From Ignavibacteriota bacterium (lineage in GTDB: Bacteria > Bacteroidota > Ignavibacteria > UBA10030 > UBA6906): a stretch of 64,000 nt of DNA. Below the pieces are notes generated by a model. It saw nothing but the letters and a program-made list of their open reading frames with translations. It made no database searches and had not been told where the DNA came from. How positions within the stretch are numbered: position 1 is the first letter of the stretch; every line of letters starts with the position of its first letter. Location of the stretch: positions 2,784,001 through 2,848,000 of the forward strand of contig CAWDEM010000008.1 in the NCBI GenBank assembly GCA_963801355.1, given 5' to 3'. Shown here in pieces: positions 48,570 through 58,459 of this stretch. The position numbers and the translations under genes are program-made.

Positions 48570-50403
48570 CACGCTTTCCCTGTTCCCCCTTCCACTTCCA
48601 GAGGGGCGGTATTGTCGGCACGGCCGTCATCACACCGCCGAAACCTATGTACCTCCTCGTGAACATGTTCGACGGACTCACATTTACACGTGCAAGCCGG
48701 TCCAGGTAGAGGCGTACTCCAGCCCGTCCGGCAAGCGCACTGACGGCGGAATCGACGGCCCGTTCCTGTTTCATCGACCGCGCCCCCCGGATACCGGAAT
48801 CCATCAACGAATCAAGGTGCAGTTTCCCATCCGGGCGTGATGTGCGCGTCCCCAACGTCGTGAACACACTGTATCCTTCTTTCAGCTGTAATGGACCACC
48901 AATGCTTCCGGAATCCTGGAAGAGCGCAGGAAATCCAAGGGACGGATAGACATCCACCGCAAAGAAGCCCGACTCACCATCCCTCGCGGACCAACCCGCC
49001 CGCCGCGAGAGCTGACGTGCCATGGCTCCCAGGGATTCTCCCTGCAGCGCGCGGCGCAGAACATCAAGTGCGCGCGACAGACTGTCACACAGCACTTCGC
49101 GGACATTGACTTCGTATGCCGCCCCCAGAGCTGCGCCGTACCGGACCAGAAAGTCTACGGCCTCCTGTTCACTTGCCGTGACCGAATTCTTGATGCTCTG
49201 GATCATGGCGGCCGACGCCCAGTAGTCATTCCACACGGCGACATCTCGCTTCACGGGCCCACTATGCTGGATGTTTTGACGGTACCCTTCACGGGCCAGA
49301 AGCTCTTCCCGTACAACGTCCTTGACGGCCGCATTCAGCCTTCCCAGGAAGGGTTCAGACTCGAGGACCGGAAAGGCGAGTTCTTGCGACCGCATCGCAT
49401 CAATCACCTCCTGCAACGTCATGCCTCCGCCCGCGATGTGAACGAGCTCATCGTTCAGTCGGGCAGCAAACGCAACCTCGAGAGAATCCAGATCCGTGGA
49501 CGCCAGACGGTAGCCCGCCTTCCCTGCCCGCGCCGCCGCATCGCGGGCGATGCGGGAACGCAGAAGGTGCGACACCGAATCGAAGAACAACGAGTCAACC
49601 TCGGCGCGTTGCGGAGAAAGGATGCGCCCCTGGAATTTCGAGGCGATGGCATCCATTTTCCGTTGACGCACAATGGACCGCACGGCGCTGATCCGGTCAG
49701 GGACGGATTTGTCTGAGGCTTCCTGATTGGGAGATTGCTCGAGAAGATACACAACGCCCCAGCCGAGATAATCCGTCTTCACCGCCTCTGAGAGGCGCCG
49801 TCTCATGCTCAGCGCGTACGCGGTGTCCTCGAGCGTCCAGTCCTGACTGCCGAACTTCACGGTCAGGGTATCGACGCGGCGCAGGAGACGTCGGGAGAGC
49901 AGGTGGACGGCGCTGTCAATCGATGACCGGGAGGCAAGAGAGTCCCGTAATTCGCGCGCGAGCGACGCCGACGCGGCCGGGAAATACAGCACCTGCAGTT
50001 CGAGGGGATACCGCCGCATGCCGGCTGACAGTTCCCGGTCGTTCACGACGGCTTTTGCCGTTACTTCGCGTTTGAAGAGCTCGTCGCGGACCATCAGCCG
50101 TTCGAGTGCCAGCCGTCGCCGGAGTGATGCGCCGTCCCTGTTCAGTCCTCGCACCGCCGCATCCTGCGCAAGGAGTTTTTCCGCCACGAGTGCACGCAGC
50201 GCCCGGATCTTTGCACTGTCGTGCTCCTGGGGGCGGTCCTTCCCGGGAAAAGGCATCAACTCCAGGCGTTCAAGCAAGTCACGCGCGGAAATGACAGCTG
50301 TGCCGATTTCGGCGAGTGTATCACCCGGGATCGTGACGCGCTGGGCGCGCAGCGGAGTAGCAGCGAAGGCAATGCCGCAGAGGAGTAGGATGATGAAGCG
50401 CAT
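48559..50403 (-). CDS. Exported SurA/PpiC-like peptidyl-prolyl isomerase/chaperone (degenerate)
   Basis: Signal peptide; LAEIG...LVAEKLLAQDA SurA_N-like; parvulin-like GESLGAMARQLS...GESGFF...GGPL.LKEGYSVF. Confidence 0.7.
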   Translation of the reverse strand: MRFIILLLCGIAFAATPLRAQRVTIPGDTLAEIGTAVISARDLLERLELMPFPGKDRPQEHDSAKIRALRALVAEKLLAQDAAVRGLNRDGASLRRRLALERLMVRDELFKREVTAKAVVNDRELSAGMRRYPLELQVLYFPAASASLARELRDSLASRSSIDSAVHLLSRRLLRRVDTLTVKFGSQDWTLEDTAYALSMRRRLSEAVKTDYLGWGVVYLLEQSPNQEASDKSVPDRISAVRSIVRQRKMDAIASKFQGRILSPQRAEVDSLFFDSVSHLLRSRIARDAAARAGKAGYRLASTDLDSLEVAFAARLNDELVHIAGGGMTLQEVIDAMRSQELAFPVLESEPFLGRLNAAVKDVVREELLAREGYRQNIQHSGPVKRDVAVWNDYWASAAMIQSIKNSVTASEQEAVDFLVRYGAALGAAYEVNVREVLCDSLSRALDVLRRALQGESLGAMARQLSRRAGWSARDGESGFFAVDVYPSLGFPALFQDSGSIGGPLQLKEGYSVFTTLGTRTSRPDGKLHLDSLMDSGIRGARSMKQERAVDSAVSALAGRAGVRLYLDRLARVNVSPSNMFTRRYIGFGGVMTAVPTIPPLWKWKGEQGKRVVP

Positions 50404-50437
50404 AGAGTACCGTGGCTCGGAAGGATGTGGAACTCTC

Positions 50438-51514
50438 TCAGCCGGGGGTCACGCTGACCGCCTCGTGCAGGTGGGAAACCTGTGCGCGTTTGGTGATGCA
50501 CGTTTCGCGCAGAACCAGCTCCGTCGGCAGGACCACATCCTGCTCTTCGCGCACATCCGGGGCAGTGATAAAATCAAGAAGCATCTGCGCGGCTTTCGTC
50601 CCCAGTTCATGGGTCGGCTGTCGCACAACGCTGATCGCGGGAGACAGAAACCGGCCCACATCGCTGTCACCGAAGCAGATCATATCGATGTCATCGGGAA
50701 TTCTGACACCAAGGGTCTTGGCGGCTTCGTAGATGCCAAGGGCGACCGGGTAGGTTGCTGCGAGCACAAATTCCGGGAGGGGGCGGTTGCGGTACAACTG
50801 CATCAATCCCTGGTACCCGTCTTCCTTGCCGTATCCGGCCTGGACAACCCATTCGCGATTCACCGGAATGTCATATTTGGCCAGCGCATCCTCAAAACCG
50901 AGGAAACGATTCTTCCCGATATTCACGGTTGGATTCCCCCCCACGAATCCCAACTTGCGGTAGCCGATTGTGAGAGCCTGGTCCGCGGCCTTGAAGGCTC
51001 CTTCACGGTCGGCAACAAGCACGCTGCTGAACCCGGGGAGAGGGGGCTCCGGACGCCGATCGACAAACAAGAGGGGGATGCCAAGCTGTTTGATCCACTG
51101 AAAAAGCTGGGGATCATGTGTGGATTGTGAGATGGAAATGATGATGCCGTCCACCCGCATCGCCACCAGCGTCTGCAGGTGTTTCTTTTCCCGTTCTGCG
51201 TTTTCCTGCGAGACCATCATGATGGTCTCGTAGTTCCGTTCGAATGTCGTGTTGTATACCCCCTCAATGACGGCACTGAAGAAGAAGTGCGCAACTTTGG
51301 GGACGACGAGTCCGATCATATGGGAGCGTCGCGATGAGAGGCTCCGCGCAATGATGTTGGGGGTGTAGTTCAGTTTCGCCGCGACTTCCCGCACGCGCAG
51401 CGTCATCTCCGCAGAAATGTCGGGATGTCCGCGCAGAGCCTTGGAAACCGTGACCCGGGATACCTTCAGCCTTTTGGCAATGTCGTCAAGCGTGGTGTGC
51501 GAACGTCTTCTCAT
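50438..51514 (-). CDS. LacI-family transcriptional regulator
   Basis: TLDDIAKRLKVSRVTVSKAL, YTPNIIARSL, ELVLRET. Confidence 0.95.
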   Translation of the reverse strand: MRRRSHTTLDDIAKRLKVSRVTVSKALRGHPDISAEMTLRVREVAAKLNYTPNIIARSLSSRRSHMIGLVVPKVAHFFFSAVIEGVYNTTFERNYETIMMVSQENAEREKKHLQTLVAMRVDGIIISISQSTHDPQLFQWIKQLGIPLLFVDRRPEPPLPGFSSVLVADREGAFKAADQALTIGYRKLGFVGGNPTVNIGKNRFLGFEDALAKYDIPVNREWVVQAGYGKEDGYQGLMQLYRNRPLPEFVLAATYPVALGIYEAAKTLGVRIPDDIDMICFGDSDVGRFLSPAISVVRQPTHELGTKAAQMLLDFITAPDVREEQDVVLPTELVLRETCITKRAQVSHLHEAVSVTPG

Positions 51515-51576
51515 GGTGGGCCCCTCGCCCAGGCGGGATAACAGCGTTACCTTTATCGATTACTTTACGTTGCTAC

Positions 51577-51605
51577 AGTGTAGAGGTTTTTTGAGAAATT
51601 GTCAA
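51577..51605 (-). promoter_or_regulatory. sigma70-type promoter of the lacI-family gene
   Basis: TTGACA-N17-TACACT. Confidence 0.75.
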
Positions 51606-51621
51606 GAAGGAAGTTGAGGGA

Positions 51622-52008
51622 TTATTCCCCTTTTTCGCTCAACTCATCAAGAAAAGCAACCGCTCTCCGCAGATGGGGGATAACGATGGATCCACCGATA
51701 ACGAGGGCTACACTGAACACTTCGTGGAGCTCTGCATCCGTCACACCCAATTCCTTGCACCGCTGCACATGATAGGACACGCAATCATCACACCGGAGCA
51801 CCATCGATGCGACGAGTCCCAGCATCTCCTTCGTGCGCACATCCAGCGCTCCCGGCTCATACGCGAGCGTATCGACACCGAAGAACCGCTTAATGGTGCG
51901 GTTATCGGTTTCAAGAATGCGTTGATTCATCTTGCTCCGGAATTCATTGAACTCCTTCACGCGACCGCCCATACGTCCTCCAGAATGGTCCCCCGCCGTC
52001 CCCATCAT
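51622..52008 (-). CDS. Carboxymuconolactone decarboxylase/AhpD-family protein
   Basis: GALDVRTKEMLGLVASMVLRCDDCVSYH, IGGSIVIPHLRRA. Confidence 0.9.
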   Translation of the reverse strand: MMGTAGDHSGGRMGGRVKEFNEFRSKMNQRILETDNRTIKRFFGVDTLAYEPGALDVRTKEMLGLVASMVLRCDDCVSYHVQRCKELGVTDAELHEVFSVALVIGGSIVIPHLRRAVAFLDELSEKGE

Positions 52009-53927
52009 TGCTCCGCCGGAGCAGCGGGCCTCTCCGTGTGCTCCTCAAACACAAGGAGAAACGATGTTCCGCCCTCGCGCACAACCGAGAGCGAACCCCT
52101 CAGCTGATCCGTCAGCGTGCTGACAAGATGCAGACCGAGCGTATCCGTGGTCTGCACATCAATCGACCCGGGGAGTCCGATGCCGTCGTCGAGCACTCCG
52201 AGAACGTACTTCCCCTGTTCTTTGAAAAACCGGATGGTCACTGTTCCCCCCGGTCTTCCGGTGAACGCATGGTGCAGGGCATTCGTCAGCAACTCGTTGA
52301 CGATCAAGCCGCATGGAATCGCCGCGTCGATCCCCAGGCGCAGGTCTTCCAGCTCAAGCCGCAGGTCAATGGCCTTTCCGCTCCTGGCATACGACTGGAT
52401 CAGACCATGGGTCAGGCGGCGCAGATAATCGGTGAAATTGACCCATGCCAGATCTTCCGACTGGTACAGCTCTTCGTGCACGAGCGCCATGGATTTGATG
52501 CGGGCCTGATTCTCCCTCAGGACCACCTGCACCCGTTCATCGGAAATCCGATCCGCCTGGAGGTTCAGAAGACTGGTAATGACCTGCAGGTTGTTCTTGA
52601 CGCGATGGTGCACTTCCTTCAGGAGAACCTCTTTTTCCCGCAGGGATGCCTGCACGCGTGCTTCAGACCGCTTGCGCTCGGTGATCTCGCGTGCAACGCC
52701 GACCATCGCCACGGGCTCGCCGGCATCGTTCCGCACCATCGACGTCCAGAGCTCCACCGGGAACGTCTCGCCGCTCTTCCGGCGGTTCATGAGTTCTCCC
52801 ACCCAACCACCGCTCTGTGCCTCCGTCCGGATCTGCTGCGTACGATCGAACTGTTCGCCGCTCGATCGCAGGAACCGGATATCCCGGCCCAGCACCTCCT
52901 CTTCGGTGTACCCGTAGGTGTCAACGAATGCCTGGTTGACATAGAGGATATGGTTCTCAAGATCGGTGAGAATAAAGGCGTCCTTCGCACAATTGAGCGT
53001 AAATGCCAGTAACCGGAGTTTACGCTCCGCCTGTTCGCTGTCACGCCTGGCAGTCGCCTGTTCTGTAATATCCTCTCCCACCACCAGCAATCCCTGGACC
53101 TTTACGGCTTCGGACACCTGCGGAGAAAATGTCATGCGCATCAGGCGAACCGCGCCGCTCTTGTGGGCGACCGCGAAGGTGTCGGCGATTGCTGTCTGCC
53201 GCCCCACGACGGAAGCCATCATGCCCACCAGCCGCGCGAAGTCGTTGGCATTATCCGCGGCAAGCAGCGACGTGATGGACCGCTTGCCGACTATTTCCTC
53301 GGAGGTGTAGCCGAAGAGAGTCTCAGCACCCGCATTCCAGAAACCCACGAGTCCCGCCGGATCGGTGCTGATGATCGCAATGGTGCGGGAACTCTCAAGT
53401 ATCTGCTGGAGAAACTGGATCGTGCTGGTGAGCGTTGCCTCGAGTTTTCGCTGTTCGGTCACATCCCGCGACGTAACGGCAACCCGCGTGACGGTGCCCG
53501 TGGCATCGTGGATGGGAACCATACGCACCTTGGAGTACTCGCCGGCATACACATCCTCCAGGAGCATCGGCTGACCGGTCTGCAGCACCTGCTGCACCGC
53601 CGCTTTGCGGGACGCTGCAAGGTTTGCCGGAAGGGGGGCAAACATCGATGACCCGGGGGGAAGATTGCCGATCCGCCGGGCCGTGTCATTCATATCCAGG
53701 ATCGTGCCGGTGGGGTCAATGAGGTACGCAGGATCCCCCAGGGTGTTCAGCAGGATTTGCGAGGATGCTTCATTGATTTGCGTTGCAGACAGCTGTCGTC
53801 GCCGCCGCCGCATCGAGATCACCAGGGCAAGGACGGCGCCGGCCAGAAGAACGAGCAGTACGGCGATGACCAGCGTGGTGAACTGGGCGGGCTCGATCAG
53901 TATGGCCAGCACGGGCGGTGCCTGCAT
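52005..53927 (-). CDS. TM-PAS-PAS-PAS HisKA_2 histidine kinase
   Basis: Start MQAPP after GGAGG SD, overlapping the upstream stop; EVHHRVKNNLQ. Confidence 0.9.
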   Translation of the reverse strand: MQAPPVLAILIEPAQFTTLVIAVLLVLLAGAVLALVISMRRRRRQLSATQINEASSQILLNTLGDPAYLIDPTGTILDMNDTARRIGNLPPGSSMFAPLPANLAASRKAAVQQVLQTGQPMLLEDVYAGEYSKVRMVPIHDATGTVTRVAVTSRDVTEQRKLEATLTSTIQFLQQILESSRTIAIISTDPAGLVGFWNAGAETLFGYTSEEIVGKRSITSLLAADNANDFARLVGMMASVVGRQTAIADTFAVAHKSGAVRLMRMTFSPQVSEAVKVQGLLVVGEDITEQATARRDSEQAERKLRLLAFTLNCAKDAFILTDLENHILYVNQAFVDTYGYTEEEVLGRDIRFLRSSGEQFDRTQQIRTEAQSGGWVGELMNRRKSGETFPVELWTSMVRNDAGEPVAMVGVAREITERKRSEARVQASLREKEVLLKEVHHRVKNNLQVITSLLNLQADRISDERVQVVLRENQARIKSMALVHEELYQSEDLAWVNFTDYLRRLTHGLIQSYARSGKAIDLRLELEDLRLGIDAAIPCGLIVNELLTNALHHAFTGRPGGTVTIRFFKEQGKYVLGVLDDGIGLPGSIDVQTTDTLGLHLVSTLTDQLRGSLSVVREGGTSFLLVFEEHTERPAAPAEQ

Positions 53928-56900
53928 CACACCTCCAGAGGAAATGTGATGCAGAATGTCGTCCCGTTGCCGCGCATCAGCTCGATGGAGCCGTTGAGCT
54001 GCTTCGTGAGCGTATTCACCAGTTGAAGACCCAGCGTTGTCGTCTTCCGGGGATTGAGTTCGGCAGGAAGACCGACACCATTGTCCCGCACACTCAACAC
54101 GCCGCTCCCATCGGGCTGTACCGCGAGGTCGATATTCACCTCCCCTTCCCGTCCCTCCGGGAAGGCATACTTCAGCGCGTTGGAGACGAGTTCGTTGATG
54201 ATCAGTCCGCACGGAATCGCGGCGTTCACGGGTAGATCGATGCTTTGCACGTTGACGACTACGCGTACGGCGGACATGCCGTAGGAGCGAGCCAGGAAAC
54301 CCACCAGGCTCCGCACATATTCACCAAAATCGATGCGGGCGAGATTGCCCGACTGGTAGAGCCGTTCATGGATGAGTGCCATCGACCGGATCCGGTTCTG
54401 GCTCTCGCGCAGCTGTTCGAGCGTCTTCCCGTCCGAAACGTTGGCCGCCTGAAGGTTCAGCAGGCTCGAAATCACCTGCAGGTTGTTTTTCACCCGGTGG
54501 TGGATCTCCTTCAGCAGGACTTCTTTCTCCTTCAGTGAGGCTGCGATCTGGGCTTCCGCTCGCCGGCGTTCGGTGATGTCCGTCATCGTCCCCAGCATCC
54601 GGACGGATTTCCCCTTCTCGTCGGTCAGGAAAATGCCGTTGTCGTAGACGTCGATATAATTGCCGCCCTTGTGCCTGAACCGGTAGGCAATACGGTACGG
54701 CCGGCCGGATGCCATGCTGAGCTCCAGCTCGCGCATCACCGGCGCCCGATCCTCCTCATGCACCATCTCCTCCCATCCATGAATCGTCACACTCTGGAAA
54801 TCCGCGGCACTGAATCCTGTGACCTCCTGTATGGCGCCTGCCCACGTGATCGTCCCGAGGAGAATATCATAGTCGTAGACCAGCTGCCCGGTTTGTTCGA
54901 CGACAAGCCGGAAACGCTCTTCACTGTGCACCAGGTTTTCTTCCGCGGCCTTACGCTCAGTGATGTCGCGCCCGATCATCTGAATCTCCGCCACCTCGGC
55001 GAGATCGCCACGAATAGCACTGGAAGTCCAGCGTAACCACCGCTCGTTGCCCGACGGTGTGCGAAACCGCCTGTCCATCTCCACCGGACCGCCTGACGGC
55101 GATTCGTGGAGGAGTCGATCAAAGAAATCGGCATCCCCATCGCCGGCCATCACGGTCATGAAGTTCTGCCCCACAAGCTCATTCCGCGACTTCTGGAGCA
55201 AGCGGCAGAATGCTTCATTCACGAAGGATAGCCGGCCATCAGGGAGCAAACGGACGATCAGTTCTGTTTGATGTTCCACCACGGCACGGAACCGGGCATC
55301 CTGTTCCCGCAGTGTCCGGTCATATTGCCGCTTGCGCCTGACAAAGACAATCACAAGAGCTGCAATGGCGGCAAGCAGAGCTCCCACGGGGCCATAGAAC
55401 ACCGGCCGGAGAAACAACGGGGGCTGCACGTTGAAGGTCACGCCCTGCGGCTGGTGTGATACCTGCCCGATGATCCCCTTCGGCTGAACGGCAAACGTGT
55501 GCGCACCAACACTGAGACCCGTCAACGTCGCAGACCGCTCTTCAGACCAGTCCGACCAGGGTTGATCGTCGACACGGTAGCGGACCTTCACCTCGTTCGA
55601 AGGTATCAGCTCCCATGGTGGTTCCACCTGCCAGGAGATGACCGTTGCCGAACCCTGTGGCACAGGGTCCTGATAACGAACACGCGGAGGCGGAGTCTCC
55701 AGCAAAGAGTACTGCAACACTGCGACGCCGGATCCTGATGTGCCAATATAGACGCGGTCGTGTGTGACTACCAGCGGCCAGAGGAGGGGGTTGGGAAGCC
55801 CCTGTGCCGGCCCGATGGTCACCCAGATGCCGTTGTTGTTGACAAAGAGCCCCTCGCGGGTGGCTATCCACAGCTTCCCATCGGGCGCACCCACGATACT
55901 CCAAATCGTCCGACCTGTCATTCCCTCGGCCTGATCCACGTAGCGCGGGTGCTCGTTCTCATCGAAATATCCGAGACCCTGGCGTTGATGACCGAACCAC
56001 ACACGTCCGGTCCGGTCTGCCGCGAGAGTAAACACCCTGTTGGAAATCAGCCCCCCATCTGTCGTCCAGTATTTCCAGCTGTTGCCTTTCAATCTGCTTA
56101 CCCCGTTCAGGCTCCCAAACCAGTAGGCGCCGGCGGAATCCTGGGCGAACGCATAGACCCGGTCATCCAGAAGCCCATCCTTCATCCCGATGTGGGAGAA
56201 TTTCCCTTTGTCGAGAAGGTACACGCCGTGTTCGGTTGCGGGTTGTAACCCCGGGGGGTGGGCGCTGATGGTGAGAAACCAGAGCCGGCCCGCACGATCC
56301 GGGAGGATCTTATGAACCCGGGAGTCGCATAATCCTTCCGCGCCTCCGAAGTGCTTCCAGGCCTTTCCGTCCCAACGGAAGGCCCCGTCAAATGACGCTC
56401 CGCTGCTCGCCCAGATATTTCCCTCGGGATCGCGCGCCAATCCCGTCACGACATTCAGCGGCATACCTGCAGCCCTGTCAATATGCGCCGCCGGCCTCCC
56501 CTCTTTATATGTCATGATGCCCGCCGAGGTCCCGACCCACAAGGTGCTGTCGGAGGCGAAGAGGAGTTCATTGATCGACTTCGTTTCAGGGAGAAGACCA
56601 CTCTCCAGAACTGTCCAACGACGAGAGGAAATGGAACAAAGGAACAGCGAACCTTCCTTTCCGACCCAGAGATCGCCGTTTGCCCGGAACCTGAACACTC
56701 TTGCATTCAACATCTGCTGGGGGGGCGGGTTCACCGGTTGCCATCTCCCGCCAGTGAAGATCGAAAGAAGACCCGAATTCCGTTGGGCAATGATCTTTCC
56801 GTCCGGAGAGATATCTGCAGTCGCTATAGCGGTCGAAGGATCGGTGATTTCCGCCCGCGTTATCGTACCACCTGACCAGTCCACGTTGATCTGCCTGATG

Positions 56901-57622
56901 TTGAGATGTGCAGAAAGCGAACCGACTCCGCGCGAGTTTTCCACAATGGACTGCAACGACATGGACTCGCCATCAGGTGGCACATACCAGAGACGCCATG
57001 CATGATTCACCCAGCGGAACAACCCCCGCGGAGCGTTGAGCCACAGGGCACCGTTGGTCGTTTGGGAGAGACCGAACGGGTGATCAGGGGTACGCACCAG
57101 CGGGTGTTGGTACGGCGATGGGATGAGTACCGTCGTGTCCCTGGCGTACAAGTACAGTGCCGTGTCACCCTGCAGCATGATCCCCTGGTTCGGGAGGTAG
57201 AAGGCCCGATGGACGGCAAGGGGTGTGCCATTGACCGTGGGAGTGAGCCATGTCTCACCCTGGGCGTTCACACGGTAGAGGCGCGGGGGGATCACCAGGA
57301 GAACTCCCGTCGAATCCACACTCACCCGGCCACGGCTGATTTCCGCGGACACCAGAGAATCCAGGGGGACATCCTCCCACTGAAATCCATCGTACCACGC
57401 CAGGCCGCTCCGCAGGTGAAGCCACGGCACTCCGATGGGGAGCTCGACAAGGTCCAGGATGAACGGCGACGATAAACCGGAATACAGATCGAAGCGCACC
57501 CAGCGCCATTCGTCGTACACTTCCGGCATCTGCGCGGAGAGCGGTTGAGCGAGAAGGAGAAGCAACAACAACCGGAGAGAGATCTTCATGAGTTTCATGG
57601 CTTCCAATGTGGTTCCCACCAC
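53927..57622 (-). CDS. Beta-propeller (Reg_prop/Y_Y_Y) sensor fused to PAS-PAS-HisKA_2 kinase
   Basis: Signal peptide, repeats such as DGLLDDRVYAFAQDSAGAYWFGS, Y_Y_Y-like YRVDD...LTGLSVGAHTF, TM, EIHHRVKNNLQ; start may be ATG 57598. Confidence 0.9.
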   Translation of the reverse strand: MVGTTLEAMKLMKISLRLLLLLLLAQPLSAQMPEVYDEWRWVRFDLYSGLSSPFILDLVELPIGVPWLHLRSGLAWYDGFQWEDVPLDSLVSAEISRGRVSVDSTGVLLVIPPRLYRVNAQGETWLTPTVNGTPLAVHRAFYLPNQGIMLQGDTALYLYARDTTVLIPSPYQHPLVRTPDHPFGLSQTTNGALWLNAPRGLFRWVNHAWRLWYVPPDGESMSLQSIVENSRGVGSLSAHLNIRQINVDWSGGTITRAEITDPSTAIATADISPDGKIIAQRNSGLLSIFTGGRWQPVNPPPQQMLNARVFRFRANGDLWVGKEGSLFLCSISSRRWTVLESGLLPETKSINELLFASDSTLWVGTSAGIMTYKEGRPAAHIDRAAGMPLNVVTGLARDPEGNIWASSGASFDGAFRWDGKAWKHFGGAEGLCDSRVHKILPDRAGRLWFLTISAHPPGLQPATEHGVYLLDKGKFSHIGMKDGLLDDRVYAFAQDSAGAYWFGSLNGVSRLKGNSWKYWTTDGGLISNRVFTLAADRTGRVWFGHQRQGLGYFDENEHPRYVDQAEGMTGRTIWSIVGAPDGKLWIATREGLFVNNNGIWVTIGPAQGLPNPLLWPLVVTHDRVYIGTSGSGVAVLQYSLLETPPPRVRYQDPVPQGSATVISWQVEPPWELIPSNEVKVRYRVDDQPWSDWSEERSATLTGLSVGAHTFAVQPKGIIGQVSHQPQGVTFNVQPPLFLRPVFYGPVGALLAAIAALVIVFVRRKRQYDRTLREQDARFRAVVEHQTELIVRLLPDGRLSFVNEAFCRLLQKSRNELVGQNFMTVMAGDGDADFFDRLLHESPSGGPVEMDRRFRTPSGNERWLRWTSSAIRGDLAEVAEIQMIGRDITERKAAEENLVHSEERFRLVVEQTGQLVYDYDILLGTITWAGAIQEVTGFSAADFQSVTIHGWEEMVHEEDRAPVMRELELSMASGRPYRIAYRFRHKGGNYIDVYDNGIFLTDEKGKSVRMLGTMTDITERRRAEAQIAASLKEKEVLLKEIHHRVKNNLQVISSLLNLQAANVSDGKTLEQLRESQNRIRSMALIHERLYQSGNLARIDFGEYVRSLVGFLARSYGMSAVRVVVNVQSIDLPVNAAIPCGLIINELVSNALKYAFPEGREGEVNIDLAVQPDGSGVLSVRDNGVGLPAELNPRKTTTLGLQLVNTLTKQLNGSIELMRGNGTTFCITFPLEV

Positions 57623-57625
57623 ATC

Positions 57626-58459
57626 TCAGTGGTGCGCACGTCTGCGCTTCGTCCCCTTCAAGTGCATTGTCTTCGCAGGAAACCTTGCAGCCAGGGCGGC
57701 ACCGACGATCCCCGCTTCGTTCCGCAGTGTTGCTGGAAACAACGGTGTACGGACGGTGAGCAGCGGAAAAAACTTGCCCGCCTTTTTGCTGATCCCGCCG
57801 CCAATCACGATGGCGTCGGGCCAGAGAATATCTTCTACTGCGTGGAGATAGTCATTCAGGTATTTGGCCCACCGTTTCCACGATAGGTCCCGCTCTTTCC
57901 GCACACGTGCAGCCGCCCGTTCTTCCGCACGCTTGCCGTCCACCTGCATCTGCCCGAATTCCGTGTTGGGGAGAAGCACGCCGTTCACGAACACCGCCGA
58001 ACCGACGCCTGTACCGAGCGTAGTGACCACCACCACCCCCGCGAGGGTCCTGCCGGCGCCGAAGCGCATTTCTGCCATCCCGGCGGCATCGGCGTCGTTG
58101 ATGACCGTGACCCTGCAGCCGCAGGCATTACTGTAAACTTCATGCGCACGGATGCCGATCCAGGATTTGTCGAGATTCGCAAGCGCCAGCACACGACCAT
58201 CCTTGATCGGACCGGGCATGCCGCACCCCACCGGCCCGTGCCAGGCAAAGTGTTTGACAAGACGCGCGACAACCCGCGCCATCGCCTGCGGTGTCGCCGG
58301 GTCGGGTGTGGCAATACGGTATCGTTCCCCCACAAACGCACCCGTGTCGGTGTTGACAATCGCGCCTTTGATGCCGCTCCCGCCGATGTCGATACCGAGT
58401 ACGTGGGACCGTTTTGCCGGAGAGGTCCGGCCCCTGGATGCCACCTGCCGCTCCCTCAT
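57626..58459 (-). CDS. ppgK: Polyphosphate glucokinase (ROK family)
   Basis: GIDIGGSGIKGA, ERYRIATP, NDADAAG, LGTGVGSA, PNTEFG. Confidence 0.9.
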   Translation of the reverse strand: MRERQVASRGRTSPAKRSHVLGIDIGGSGIKGAIVNTDTGAFVGERYRIATPDPATPQAMARVVARLVKHFAWHGPVGCGMPGPIKDGRVLALANLDKSWIGIRAHEVYSNACGCRVTVINDADAAGMAEMRFGAGRTLAGVVVVTTLGTGVGSAVFVNGVLLPNTEFGQMQVDGKRAEERAAARVRKERDLSWKRWAKYLNDYLHAVEDILWPDAIVIGGGISKKAGKFFPLLTVRTPLFPATLRNEAGIVGAALAARFPAKTMHLKGTKRRRAHH

